Assembly (NCBI GenBank): GCA_902825965.1
Contig: CADEDA010000003.1
Coordinates: forward strand, 157,149-221,148
Source: an uncultured Gemmatimonadota bacterium
GTDB lineage: Bacteria > Gemmatimonadota > Gemmatimonadetes > Gemmatimonadales > Gemmatimonadaceae
Direction of reading: 5' to 3'
DNA: 64,000 nucleotides
Shown one piece after another: positions 29,275 through 39,819 of the stretch. The translations under genes were made by a program, and so were the position numbers. A model generated the notes under the pieces. The model made no database searches, was not told the DNA's origin, and was given only the letters and a program-made list of their open reading frames with translations. Numbering within the stretch: position 1 is the stretch's first letter; each line of letters opens with the position of its first letter.

Positions 29275-31866
29275 TCAGCGTCCGAGCATCGCGCTCAGGC
29301 GTTCCCCGAGCTCGACGGTGGAGAAGGGCTTGCGGAGCAGGCCGAGCTCGTCGCTCTGCCGCGCGACGCGGTCGAGCGCGGTGCCGGTGTGTCCCGAGAT
29401 GAGCAGGATCGGCAACTCGGGATGGTTGGCCTTCATCCAGGCCGCGAACTCGAGTCCGGTCTCGCCGGGCATCATGACATCGCTCACCACCGCGTCGATC
29501 GCACCCGCCTCGGCGTCGAGCAGCACCCGCGCGTCCGCGGCGGACGCCACCGCCACCGGGACGTAGTGCAGCACCTCGAGCAGCCGTACGAGCTGCTCGC
29601 GCACCGAGAGCTCGTCCTCCACCAGCAGCACGCGTCCCTTGCTGGGCGGCCGCGCGGCACCCGAGGCACCGGCGGCGGCCGCAGGCAGCGCCGACGGCAG
29701 TACCGACGGCAGCGCCCGCGTCGGACCGCTGGCTCGCGCGGGACGCGTGGCGTCATTGCGCTGCGCCGGGAGCCAGAGCGTCACGGCGGTGCCCTCGCGC
29801 TCGGAGGACTCCACGCGGAGGCCGCCGTTCGCGCCCTCGACCAGCGGTCGCACACCGATGAGCCCGAGCCCCGTGCCGCGGCCGCCGGACTTCTGCGTGA
29901 AGAACGGGTCGAACATCCGACGCCGCACGTCCTCGGGCATGCCGTGGCCCCGGTCGCGCACCGTGAGCCTGGCATGGCGGCCCGGTGGCGGCGAGATCAC
30001 GTAGTCGCCGATCGCGAGTTCGGTGCGCTGGTCCACCTCGGCGTCCACCACGATCGGCCCGCCGTCGAGCATGGCGTCCCGAGCGTTGGCGACGAGGTTG
30101 AAGATGATGTGCTCCAGCTCCGTGCGGTCCACCACCACCGTGCCGATGTCCGGGGCGACACGGAGGACCACCTGGTTCGACTCGCCGGCCAGGCGCTGCA
30201 GGAGCGGCTCGAGGTCGGAGAGCAGTTCGCCGAGGTCCACCTGCTGCGCCGGCACCGGTTCCTGGCGCACGAACGCGAGCAGGCGCCGCGTGAGCGCGGC
30301 CCCGCGCTGCGCCGACGATTCGATCCCCTGCAGGTCCTGCTGCACCGGATGTTCGGCGTCGAGCGAGAGCTGCGCGAGTTCGGTGCCGGCGAGCACCGCC
30401 GTGAGCACGTTGTTGAAGTCGTGCGCCACGCCGCCGGCGAGCCGGCCCGCCACCTCGAGCTTCTGCGCCTGGCGGAGCCGGTCCTCGAGGGTGGCGCGTT
30501 CGGTCACGTCGCGGGAGCTCAGCACGATGCCGCCGACGGCCGCCTCGCGCCGCAGGTCGCGGCCCACGGTCTCGATGAGCCGCTCCGCCGACGTGCCGTG
30601 GCCGATGCGCCAGGTGTGGGAGAGCGCCTGGCCCGGCGCCGCCATGAGGGCGCCGAGGAACGCCGTCCAGCCCTCTCGCTCCACCGCCGGCAGGTGCGCC
30701 GTGATCGGCCGACCTTCCTGCCCGACGACGGCAGTCTCGAACAGCCGGTCCGCGGGCGCACTCGCGAACAACAGGTGTCCGCCGCCGTCCACCAGCACCA
30801 GCGCGTCGGACGAGTGGCTGACCAGTGCATCGATGCGCCGCGTGGCCGCCCGCTGCGACGAGAGCAGCAGCGCCTCCGCCGCCGCGCGACTCGCCATGTG
30901 GTCGCGCACCACGAGCAGCGCGTTCAGGATCACCAGCGCCGTGACCAGCGGCGGCGTGATCTGCACACGTCCGGTGGAGGCGAGCCAGAGGATGATGAGC
31001 ACCAGCCCGCTCATCGCGATGATCGGCAGCGGGGTGAACGGGTTCCGCGGGAACGCCTCCTCGACCGTGGCCGGCAAGGGGTCCTCGAGGAACCGGATCG
31101 CGGACCAGACCATGCAGAGGTTCGCGAGCATCGCGAGCGGGACGTTCCAGTTCCAGCGGTCGTAGCCGGTGGAATAGGCGATCTGGTACGCGAGGTCGCC
31201 CAGCGCCGTCAACGCGAGTCCGGCGAACAGCAGGAACAGCGCCCGTACCGACGGCTGACGCAGCGCCCGTTCGATGGCATCGCTCAATGCGATCACCGTG
31301 ACGAGCTGGCCCACGCTCGAGACCGCGATCATCGTGCGCAACCCGGTGGAGTAGCGCGCCTGCAACTCCTCGAGCAGCAGCGCGAGCACGATGAGGCTGC
31401 CGAGGGCGACGAGCACCACACCCCAGCTCAGCAATGCGCGCCAGCGCGGCTCCTGCCCGGGCACGCGCGGCAGGGCGAGGAGCCCGACGATGGCCAGCGG
31501 GTAGAAGGAGAAATAGATGGGGTCCACCCACGACACGTACTGCAGGCGGTAGCCCGAGACGCTGAGCGTGGTCCACACGGCGGAGCCGAGGGCGATCATC
31601 CCGAAGCCCCAGCCGAGGAACCGCAACGCCCGGCGGGTCCCGTCGGGGAGATCGGCCCGCCGGCTCGCCAGCAGCAGCGCGACCATGGAGCCGGTCTGCA
31701 GGGGCAGGAACGAGAGGTGGTCCAGCCACACGCGCCAGGCCGCCATCGGCTCCGTGCGCCCACGGTACTCGGACGCCAGCGAGACCACCGCCAGCGCGGT
31801 CAGGGCGCCGAGCAGGAGTCGGAGACCGGTCTCGCGCCGAGGGGCGGACGTCGCCGATGCAGGCAT
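29275..31866 (-). CDS. Hybrid sensor histidine kinase with a large polytopic N-terminal membrane domain (TM x ~9 - PAS - HisKA - HATPase - REC)
   Basis: About 330 aa of hydrophobic helices come first. Then H-box GGVAHDFNNVL, GTGLGLIG, and receiver LLVEDE...DAVVSDVMMPGETG. I prefer the ATG at 31866; the track start at 31920 is a TTG. Confidence 0.85.
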   Translation of the reverse strand: MPASATSAPRRETGLRLLLGALTALAVVSLASEYRGRTEPMAAWRVWLDHLSFLPLQTGSMVALLLASRRADLPDGTRRALRFLGWGFGMIALGSAVWTTLSVSGYRLQYVSWVDPIYFSFYPLAIVGLLALPRVPGQEPRWRALLSWGVVLVALGSLIVLALLLEELQARYSTGLRTMIAVSSVGQLVTVIALSDAIERALRQPSVRALFLLFAGLALTALGDLAYQIAYSTGYDRWNWNVPLAMLANLCMVWSAIRFLEDPLPATVEEAFPRNPFTPLPIIAMSGLVLIILWLASTGRVQITPPLVTALVILNALLVVRDHMASRAAAEALLLSSQRAATRRIDALVSHSSDALVLVDGGGHLLFASAPADRLFETAVVGQEGRPITAHLPAVEREGWTAFLGALMAAPGQALSHTWRIGHGTSAERLIETVGRDLRREAAVGGIVLSSRDVTERATLEDRLRQAQKLEVAGRLAGGVAHDFNNVLTAVLAGTELAQLSLDAEHPVQQDLQGIESSAQRGAALTRRLLAFVRQEPVPAQQVDLGELLSDLEPLLQRLAGESNQVVLRVAPDIGTVVVDRTELEHIIFNLVANARDAMLDGGPIVVDAEVDQRTELAIGDYVISPPPGRHARLTVRDRGHGMPEDVRRRMFDPFFTQKSGGRGTGLGLIGVRPLVEGANGGLRVESSEREGTAVTLWLPAQRNDATRPARASGPTRALPSVLPSALPAAAAGASGAARPPSKGRVLLVEDELSVREQLVRLLEVLHYVPVAVASAADARVLLDAEAGAIDAVVSDVMMPGETGLEFAAWMKANHPELPILLISGHTGTALDRVARQSDELGLLRKPFSTVELGERLSAMLGR

Positions 31867-31975
31867 GATGGAAGGTACTCCGCATCGAACGGCGGCGGAA
31901 CGCGCGCGGGTCCGTGGCAAGACTGGAAATGACGGGCCGCCAGAGGCATCCTTCGCTCGTGAAGAATTCTCCCGG

Positions 31976-32592
31976 GTGTCCCACGTGATCTACGCCTTCG
32001 ACGGCTTCATCCCGGTGGTCCACGAGTCGGCCTTCGTGCACCCGCAGGCCACCGTGACCGGCAACGTGATCATCGGCCGCGACGTGTACGTCGGCCCCGG
32101 GGCCGCGATCCGCGGTGACTGGGGCGGCATCGTGATCGAGGACGGCTGCAACGTGCAGGAGAACTGCACGGTACACATGTTCCCCGGCGTGACGGTCGTG
32201 CTCGAGCGCGGCGCACACATCGGACACGGCGCCGTGGTGCATGGGGCGCGGATCGGCGCCAACGCCCTGGTGGGCATGAACGCGGTGATCATGGACAACG
32301 CGACGGTCGGGGCCGGCTCCATCGTCGGGGCGCTGAGCTTCGTGCCCGCCGAGATGGCGATCCCCGAGCGCAGCGTGGTGGTGGGCAACCCCGCCCGCAT
32401 CGTGAAGCAGGTGAGCGATGCCATGCTCGCGTGGAAGTCGGAGGGCACCGCCCTCTACCAGCAGCTCCCGGCCGCGATGCGCGCCTCCTGGCGCCCCGTC
32501 GAGCCGCTCCGTGAACTCCCCGCCGACCGCCCCACGCAATCGGCGATCCTCAAAGCATGGCACGAGACCAAGTCCGTGCCGGAGACCACCTG

Positions 32593-32593
<1 letters not shown>
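31976..32593 (+). CDS. paaY: Phenylacetate-degradation protein PaaY (gamma-carbonic-anhydrase/hexapeptide-repeat thioesterase)
   Basis: Colinear with E. coli PaaY: IYAFDG..PVV.E.AFVHP.A...G.VIIG..VYVGPGA..RGD.G.IV..DG.N.Q.NC..H, and VEPLRE near the C-terminus. GTG start at 31976 or 31985. Confidence 0.85.
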
Positions 32594-34635
<2,042 letters not shown>

Positions 34636-34643
34636 CGTAGGGC

Positions 34644-36956
34644 ATGTCCCTCCGCTGGCGCTCCCTCGCCCTGGTCTTCCCGGTCTTCCTGACGGGACTG
34701 GTGCTCGTCGTCGCCGGGTTGTTCGTGTACGCGGCGCAGACCCAGATGCGGGCGGTGCTGCTGGAGGAGACGGCCGAACGGTTGCGCGGGGCGGGCGAGC
34801 GACTGGCGCCGTTCATCGGCGGGCCCGGCGAGGCACGCGCCGCCGCGACGCTGGCCCTGCAGCGGCATCCGCTGGTGGCGACCTTCACCGGCGCGCGCCG
34901 CGATTCCGCCGCCGTGATCGCGGTCCTCGACTCGGCCATGCGACTCGTGCGCGACACCTCCGGGATCGCCACCGCCATCCTCGACGAGAACGGGACGCCA
35001 CTGCTGCGCGTCCAGCGACGCGGCACGCCGCCGCCGCTGGACTGGGCGGCCGAGCGCATCGCGCGCGGGGCCGTGCGGTCGCAACGGTTCTCGCCCATCC
35101 GGGATGTCGGCGGGGTGCCCACGTACGAGATCCTCACGCGCTTCCCGCTCGAGGAGGACCGTCCCGTGCGGTACCTGCTCGAGACCCGCGAGGCGCTGGG
35201 GCGCGGGCAGGCCGCGATCAACAAGCTCATGGGCGCCGAGATCTTCCTCGTCGGACATCTCGACGGCGGGGCCTGGACCGACCTGGCACGCATCCATCCG
35301 CCGCCCCCCACCATCGCGGTGATCGACTCGCTGCTTCGGTTCGAGGAGTCGCCGCGCGGCGACGTGGTAGGCGTGGCGCACCAGATCGAGGACAGCGAAT
35401 GGGTCGTGTGGCTCGAGGTCCCAACGGCGACGGTGCTGGCGCCGGTGACGCGCTACCTCGAGCGCGTGCTGCCCATCGCAGCCGCGCTGATCCTGCTCGG
35501 GGCGCTGGGGGTCTGGCTCGTGACCCGCGAACTGACGTCCCGGCTCACGCGCCTCACCGTCGAAGTGGACCGCGTGGAGGCCGGTGCCAGTGCGGCGCCC
35601 GTACACGCGCCGCCCGCGAGCGCCGACGGGGACGAGCTCGACCACCTCGAGGCGGCCTTCGCGCGGATGGCCGAGCGCCTCGAGTACCAGCAGCGGCTGG
35701 AGACGCAGCTCACGCAGTCCCGGCGGCTCGAGGCCATCGGTCGACTCACCGGCGGCATCGCGCACGACTTCAACAACGTGCTCACGGCGCTGCGCAACTA
35801 CGCGGAACTGGTGCGGGCCGAGCTGCCCCCCGGCAGCGATGCCGCCGCGGACATCGAGGAGGTGCTGCGCACCACGGACCGCGCCACCTCGCTCACCCGG
35901 CAGCTGCTGGCCTTCAGCCGTCAGCAATCCGACGTGCCGCGGCGCATCGAACTCAACGCCGTCGTCATCGGGTTGCAGCGCATGCTCCAGCGGCTCATCC
36001 CGTCCAACATCACCTTCGCGACGGCGCTGGCCCCGAATCTCCCTGCCGTGCGCGGCGACCTCGGCCGGCTCGAACAGGTGCTGCTCAACCTCGTGCTCAA
36101 TGCCGCCGACGCCATGCCCGACGGCGGCACGCTCACCGTCGAGACGCGCCGCGGTACCGCGCTCGACGCGCTCGAGTCCCAGCCGAACGAGGTCCCCGTG
36201 GTGCTGGCGGTGCGCGACACCGGCAGCGGCATGGACGCGGAGACCGCCGCCCGCATCTTCGAGCCGTTCTTCACGACCAAGCCGAGCGGCAAGGGCACCG
36301 GACTCGGACTTGCGACGGTGCAGGGAGTGGTGGAGCAAGCCGGCGGACGCGTCCGTGTGGAGTCGGCTCCCGGATCGGGCACGCTGTTCGAGGTGGTGCT
36401 GCCGCTCTACCTCGAGGTGGACCGCAGCACGCCGACGGTGCCGCAACCGGTCGCAGACACCTCACGACCGGCGCCTGCGCTGCCACCGGCACCGGCACCT
36501 GCACCGGCAGCGGCAGCGGCAGCGGCGCCGGCGACGCCGCGGGTGACGGCGAGCGCCCCGCGATCGGGATGGACGGTGCTTGTCGTCGAGGACGAGGACG
36601 CGACGCGGGCCGTCGTGTGCCGCCTGCTCGCGGCCCAGGGACACGAGGTGCTCGAGGCGGAGCAGGGGCAACGGGCGCTCGAGATCCTCTCACGGCGCGC
36701 AGGCGAGATCGACATCGTGCTCAGTGATGTCATGATGCCGGGCATGTCGGGTCCGGAGCTCGCCGACCGCATCGAGGCGCGCTGGCCGGGACTGCCCGTG
36801 GCCCTCATGTCCGGCTACACCGAGCGTACGCCCATCCACCGGGCCGACGGCAGCGGCCCGCGCCCCATCCTGCAGAAGCCGTTCTCGCCGGAGCGCCTCG
36901 CGGACTACCTGCTCGAGGCGCGCACGGACCTCACGTCACGAACGCGGACGCCTTGA
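34644..36956 (+). CDS. Hybrid sensor histidine kinase (TM - periplasmic/extracytoplasmic domain - TM - HisKA - HATPase - Pro/Ala linker - REC)
   Basis: Two TM segments bracket ~260 aa. H-box GGIAHDFNNVL, GTGLGLAT, the linker PAPALPPAPAPAPAAAAAAAPATP, and receiver VLVVEDED...DIVLSDVMMPGMSG. Confidence 0.88.
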   Translation: MSLRWRSLALVFPVFLTGLVLVVAGLFVYAAQTQMRAVLLEETAERLRGAGERLAPFIGGPGEARAAATLALQRHPLVATFTGARRDSAAVIAVLDSAMRLVRDTSGIATAILDENGTPLLRVQRRGTPPPLDWAAERIARGAVRSQRFSPIRDVGGVPTYEILTRFPLEEDRPVRYLLETREALGRGQAAINKLMGAEIFLVGHLDGGAWTDLARIHPPPPTIAVIDSLLRFEESPRGDVVGVAHQIEDSEWVVWLEVPTATVLAPVTRYLERVLPIAAALILLGALGVWLVTRELTSRLTRLTVEVDRVEAGASAAPVHAPPASADGDELDHLEAAFARMAERLEYQQRLETQLTQSRRLEAIGRLTGGIAHDFNNVLTALRNYAELVRAELPPGSDAAADIEEVLRTTDRATSLTRQLLAFSRQQSDVPRRIELNAVVIGLQRMLQRLIPSNITFATALAPNLPAVRGDLGRLEQVLLNLVLNAADAMPDGGTLTVETRRGTALDALESQPNEVPVVLAVRDTGSGMDAETAARIFEPFFTTKPSGKGTGLGLATVQGVVEQAGGRVRVESAPGSGTLFEVVLPLYLEVDRSTPTVPQPVADTSRPAPALPPAPAPAPAAAAAAAPATPRVTASAPRSGWTVLVVEDEDATRAVVCRLLAAQGHEVLEAEQGQRALEILSRRAGEIDIVLSDVMMPGMSGPELADRIEARWPGLPVALMSGYTERTPIHRADGSGPRPILQKPFSPERLADYLLEARTDLTSRTRTP
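36484..36530. repeat. Hexanucleotide-type simple repeat (caccgg/gcagcg units) encoding the Pro/Ala linker of the kinase
   Basis: caccggcaccggcacctgcaccggcagcggcagcggcagcggcgccg. Confidence 0.7.
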
Positions 36957-37338
36957 ACCCGGCGGCGCTCACGGTCGCGGTGAGCACGGTGCCCCAGGCC
37001 AGGTCGACCCACACGACGGTGGACGGGAAGTCCTTGAGCAGCGCCAGGCTCGTCAGGTCGAACGCCGCGTAGGCCGCGAGCCCGAACACCGCGCCGCGCC
37101 AGAGTGCACCCACGAGCGACCGCTCCGCGACCGCCGGCCACACACAGAGGGCGACGACCGCCGCCAGGTAGATCACGTAGAACGCGAGTGCCGCCGGCCA
37201 CTGCACCTGCTCACGGGTGAGGTGGCCGAGCTGCGCCTGGTAGAAACCCTTCGCGACGACCCCCAGCCAGAGGAGGTCGAGCGCGAAGAAGGTGACGAAA
37301 CAAGCCGCGTAGAGCTTGCCGAAGGTCGCCACGGTCAC
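36931..37338 (-). CDS. DUF2177-like small integral membrane protein
   Basis: Four hydrophobic helices, with FFALDLLWLGVVAKGFY and LAAYAAFDLTSLALLKDFP. The GTG start directly abuts the stop of the upstream dipeptidase gene. Confidence 0.6.
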   Translation of the reverse strand: MTVATFGKLYAACFVTFFALDLLWLGVVAKGFYQAQLGHLTREQVQWPAALAFYVIYLAAVVALCVWPAVAERSLVGALWRGAVFGLAAYAAFDLTSLALLKDFPSTVVWVDLAWGTVLTATVSAAGFKASAFVT

Positions 37339-38678
37339 ATCGTCGTGGACTGCAGCGACGCGGCCACGCGCTGCACATCGGTGAGCACGCGCAGCAGGTT
37401 GCCGCTCCAGATCTTGCCGATCTGCTCCTCGGTGTAGCCGCGGCGCACGAGCTCGAGCGTCACGTTGAAGGTCTCGGTCGCGTTGCGCCAGCCGTCCACG
37501 CCGCCACCGCCGTCGAAGTCCGAGCTGATGCCCACGTGGTCGATGCCCATCAGCTTCACCGCGTAGTCGATGTGGTCCACGAAGTCCTTCACGGTGGCCA
37601 TCGGGTCGGCGGGATAGCGGCGCGACGTGATGTCCTCCTGCGCCGCGAGGTAGGCGTTGCGCCGGTCCTCCGGTAGCTTCGCCACCGACTCGCTGACCTC
37701 GCGCGGGTTGCTGCCGGTCACGCCGTACTGGGTGCGCAGGGCGGCGATCGCCGCCGCCCGCTCGGCGTCCTTGACCGGGTTGCACTTCACGTAGCTGTTG
37801 AACGCCACCAGCTGCACCACGCCGCCGTTCTTCGCCATGCCGCGCAACTGCTCGTCGTCGAGGTTGCGGCTGTGGTTGCAGAGCGCGCGCACCCCGGAAT
37901 GCGACGCGATGATCGGGGCCTTGGTGAGCGCCAGCGTCTGCATCATCGAGGCCTTGCTGGGGTGCGAGATGTCGATCATCACGCCCCACTTGTTGAGCTC
38001 CTTGATCGCCTCGCGGCCGAGCGGGCTGAGGCCGTTGTGCAGCCAGACGCCGTCCCGTTCGCCGGTGTTGGAGTCCGAGAGCTGGCTGTGGCCGTTGTGC
38101 GCCAGCGAGAGGTAGCGACCCCCGAGGTCCGCGAACTGCTTGATGCGCGAGAGGTCGGTGCCGATCGGGAAGCCGTTCTCGATGCCGATGAAGATCACCT
38201 TGCGGCCGCTGGCGTAGATGCGGCGCGCCTCCTCGGCGCTGCGCGCGAAGCCCACGCGGGTCGGTGCGAGCGAGTCCGTGAGCCGATGCACCGCGCGGAA
38301 CTTCTCCATCGCCTGATCGTACGCCGCCGCCATCGTCGCCGCGTCGATCGTGCGCGCCTGGCCGACGTAGACGATCAGGAAGGCCGCATCGAGCCCGCCC
38401 TGCTCCATCTTGGGGATGTCCACCTGGTTCCGCGCGATACCCGTGACATAGTTGAGGGTGTCGCGCCGGAACGCCGCCGGGCTGATGTCCACGTGCGTGT
38501 CGAGCGTCATCACCCGGTCATGGATGCCGCGCGCCTTCTCGCGCAGGGCCTCCGGCGACAGTGCCTCGGCCCGCGCCGCGTCGGCCGGACCGTTGCCGGA
38601 GGCCGTGGCGCGCGCGCACGCGCCAGTGGTGACGAGGACTGCCAGTGTGGCGAGCGGGATGACTTGTGACGAGCGCAT
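37335..38678 (-). CDS. Membrane dipeptidase, peptidase family M19 (renal-dipeptidase-like), lipoprotein/secreted
   Basis: DTHVDIS, LSLAHNGHSQLSDSN, MIDISHPSK, IASHSGVRALCNHSRNLDDEQL and GISSDFDGGGG. Signal sequence MRSSQVIPLATLAVLVTTGAC. The track start at 38735 is a TTG. Confidence 0.85.
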   Translation of the reverse strand: MRSSQVIPLATLAVLVTTGACARATASGNGPADAARAEALSPEALREKARGIHDRVMTLDTHVDISPAAFRRDTLNYVTGIARNQVDIPKMEQGGLDAAFLIVYVGQARTIDAATMAAAYDQAMEKFRAVHRLTDSLAPTRVGFARSAEEARRIYASGRKVIFIGIENGFPIGTDLSRIKQFADLGGRYLSLAHNGHSQLSDSNTGERDGVWLHNGLSPLGREAIKELNKWGVMIDISHPSKASMMQTLALTKAPIIASHSGVRALCNHSRNLDDEQLRGMAKNGGVVQLVAFNSYVKCNPVKDAERAAAIAALRTQYGVTGSNPREVSESVAKLPEDRRNAYLAAQEDITSRRYPADPMATVKDFVDHIDYAVKLMGIDHVGISSDFDGGGGVDGWRNATETFNVTLELVRRGYTEEQIGKIWSGNLLRVLTDVQRVAASLQSTTM

Positions 38679-38761
38679 GGGGAACTGGGTAGGAGGTGAT
38701 TGACTAGAACTATGCGTCCCGGAGTCGTTCCGCAACGCGCCCCCCCATCCCCAGGTGCCCC

Positions 38762-39337
38762 GTGCTCCTTCTTGCGGTCCCGATGATCATCCTGCAGGCG
38801 GCGTGGTCGCCCATCGTCGCCGACTCCCAGCCGCAGTCGCTGCGCGGTCCCGTGCGTGAGGAGCGCTTCGCCGCCGCCCGCGCGGCCGTGGCGCCGGCCG
38901 ATACGGTGTTCGAGTACAGCAAGGCGTACTACCGCCGGCTCGACGTCCACCGGGCGGCGAGCTACACCATGCTCCCGCTCTTCGCGCTGCAGATGATCGC
39001 CGGGAACCAGCTGTATCGGATGAGCGACGCCGCGCCCGATTGGGCCAAGGTCGGGCATCGCGTAGGGGCCACGGGAGTGGCCGCGCTCTTCACGCTCAAC
39101 ACGGTGACGGGTCTGCAGAATCTCTATGAGGCCCGCCCGGACCCCGAGGGGCGTGGCCGCCGCACCCTGCACGCGGTCATGATGCTCGCCGCGGATGCCG
39201 GCTTCATCGCGACGGGCGTGCTGTCGGAGAAGGCCGAGGGTTCGGCCGACGACCGCCGCATGCATCGGACCGTCGCCCTCTCGTCCATCGGCATCGCGAC
39301 CATCGGATACCTCATCCAGGGCGGAGGGTTCCGATGA
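38762..39337 (+). CDS. Hypothetical integral membrane protein, translationally coupled to the Rieske gene
   Basis: About 4 hydrophobic segments and high GC3. Its stop overlaps the next ATG (ATGA). GTG start. Confidence 0.5.
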   Translation: MLLLAVPMIILQAAWSPIVADSQPQSLRGPVREERFAAARAAVAPADTVFEYSKAYYRRLDVHRAASYTMLPLFALQMIAGNQLYRMSDAAPDWAKVGHRVGATGVAALFTLNTVTGLQNLYEARPDPEGRGRRTLHAVMMLAADAGFIATGVLSEKAEGSADDRRMHRTVALSSIGIATIGYLIQGGGFR

Positions 39338-39819
39338 ATCCTGCGACCACGGCCACGCCCTCGGACTGCGCTGCGCAGTGCGTGTTGCACAGTCGTCGGC
39401 GGTTCCTCTCCCAGGCGCTCATGGCCTCAGTGGGCGCGGTGCTGCTGGAAGCCTGCGGTGACGGCCAGATCGGCCTCACCGGACCCGGTGGCGGGGACCT
39501 CGACGCGGCGGTGCTGGTCACACTCGCGGAGTATCCGGCACTCGCGACGGTGGGTGGCATCGCGCGCGTGACGACCGGCAGCAGCCGCCGGCCGATCGCC
39601 GTCGTCCGCACGGCCGTGGACACGTACGTCGCGGTGAGCATGGTGTGCGCCCACCAAGGGTACCGCCCCATCGAGATCGTCGGGGCGGGCTTCATCTGTC
39701 CCAATCACGGCGCCGAGTACTCGGCGACCGGGCAGTGGACCGGCGGGCAATCCGCCGGCAACCTGCGTCAGTACGCCGTCGCCTTCGACGCCGTGGCGGG
39801 GACGCTCACCATCAGTTGA
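39334..39819 (+). CDS. Tat-exported Rieske [2Fe-2S] domain protein (possible lipoprotein)
   Basis: Twin-arginine signal SRRRFLSQALMASVGAVLLEACG. Rieske ligand boxes CAHQG and CPNHGAEY. Confidence 0.8.
   Translation: MNPATTATPSDCAAQCVLHSRRRFLSQALMASVGAVLLEACGDGQIGLTGPGGGDLDAAVLVTLAEYPALATVGGIARVTTGSSRRPIAVVRTAVDTYVAVSMVCAHQGYRPIEIVGAGFICPNHGAEYSATGQWTGGQSAGNLRQYAVAFDAVAGTLTIS

Noticed and set aside
29389-32563. The long ORFs 29389..31932 (+, 847 aa) and 29753..32563 (-, 936 aa).
   Set aside because: They overlap the convincing hybrid kinase (29275..31866 -) and paaY. Their products are Arg/Pro/Gly-rich with no recognisable domains.
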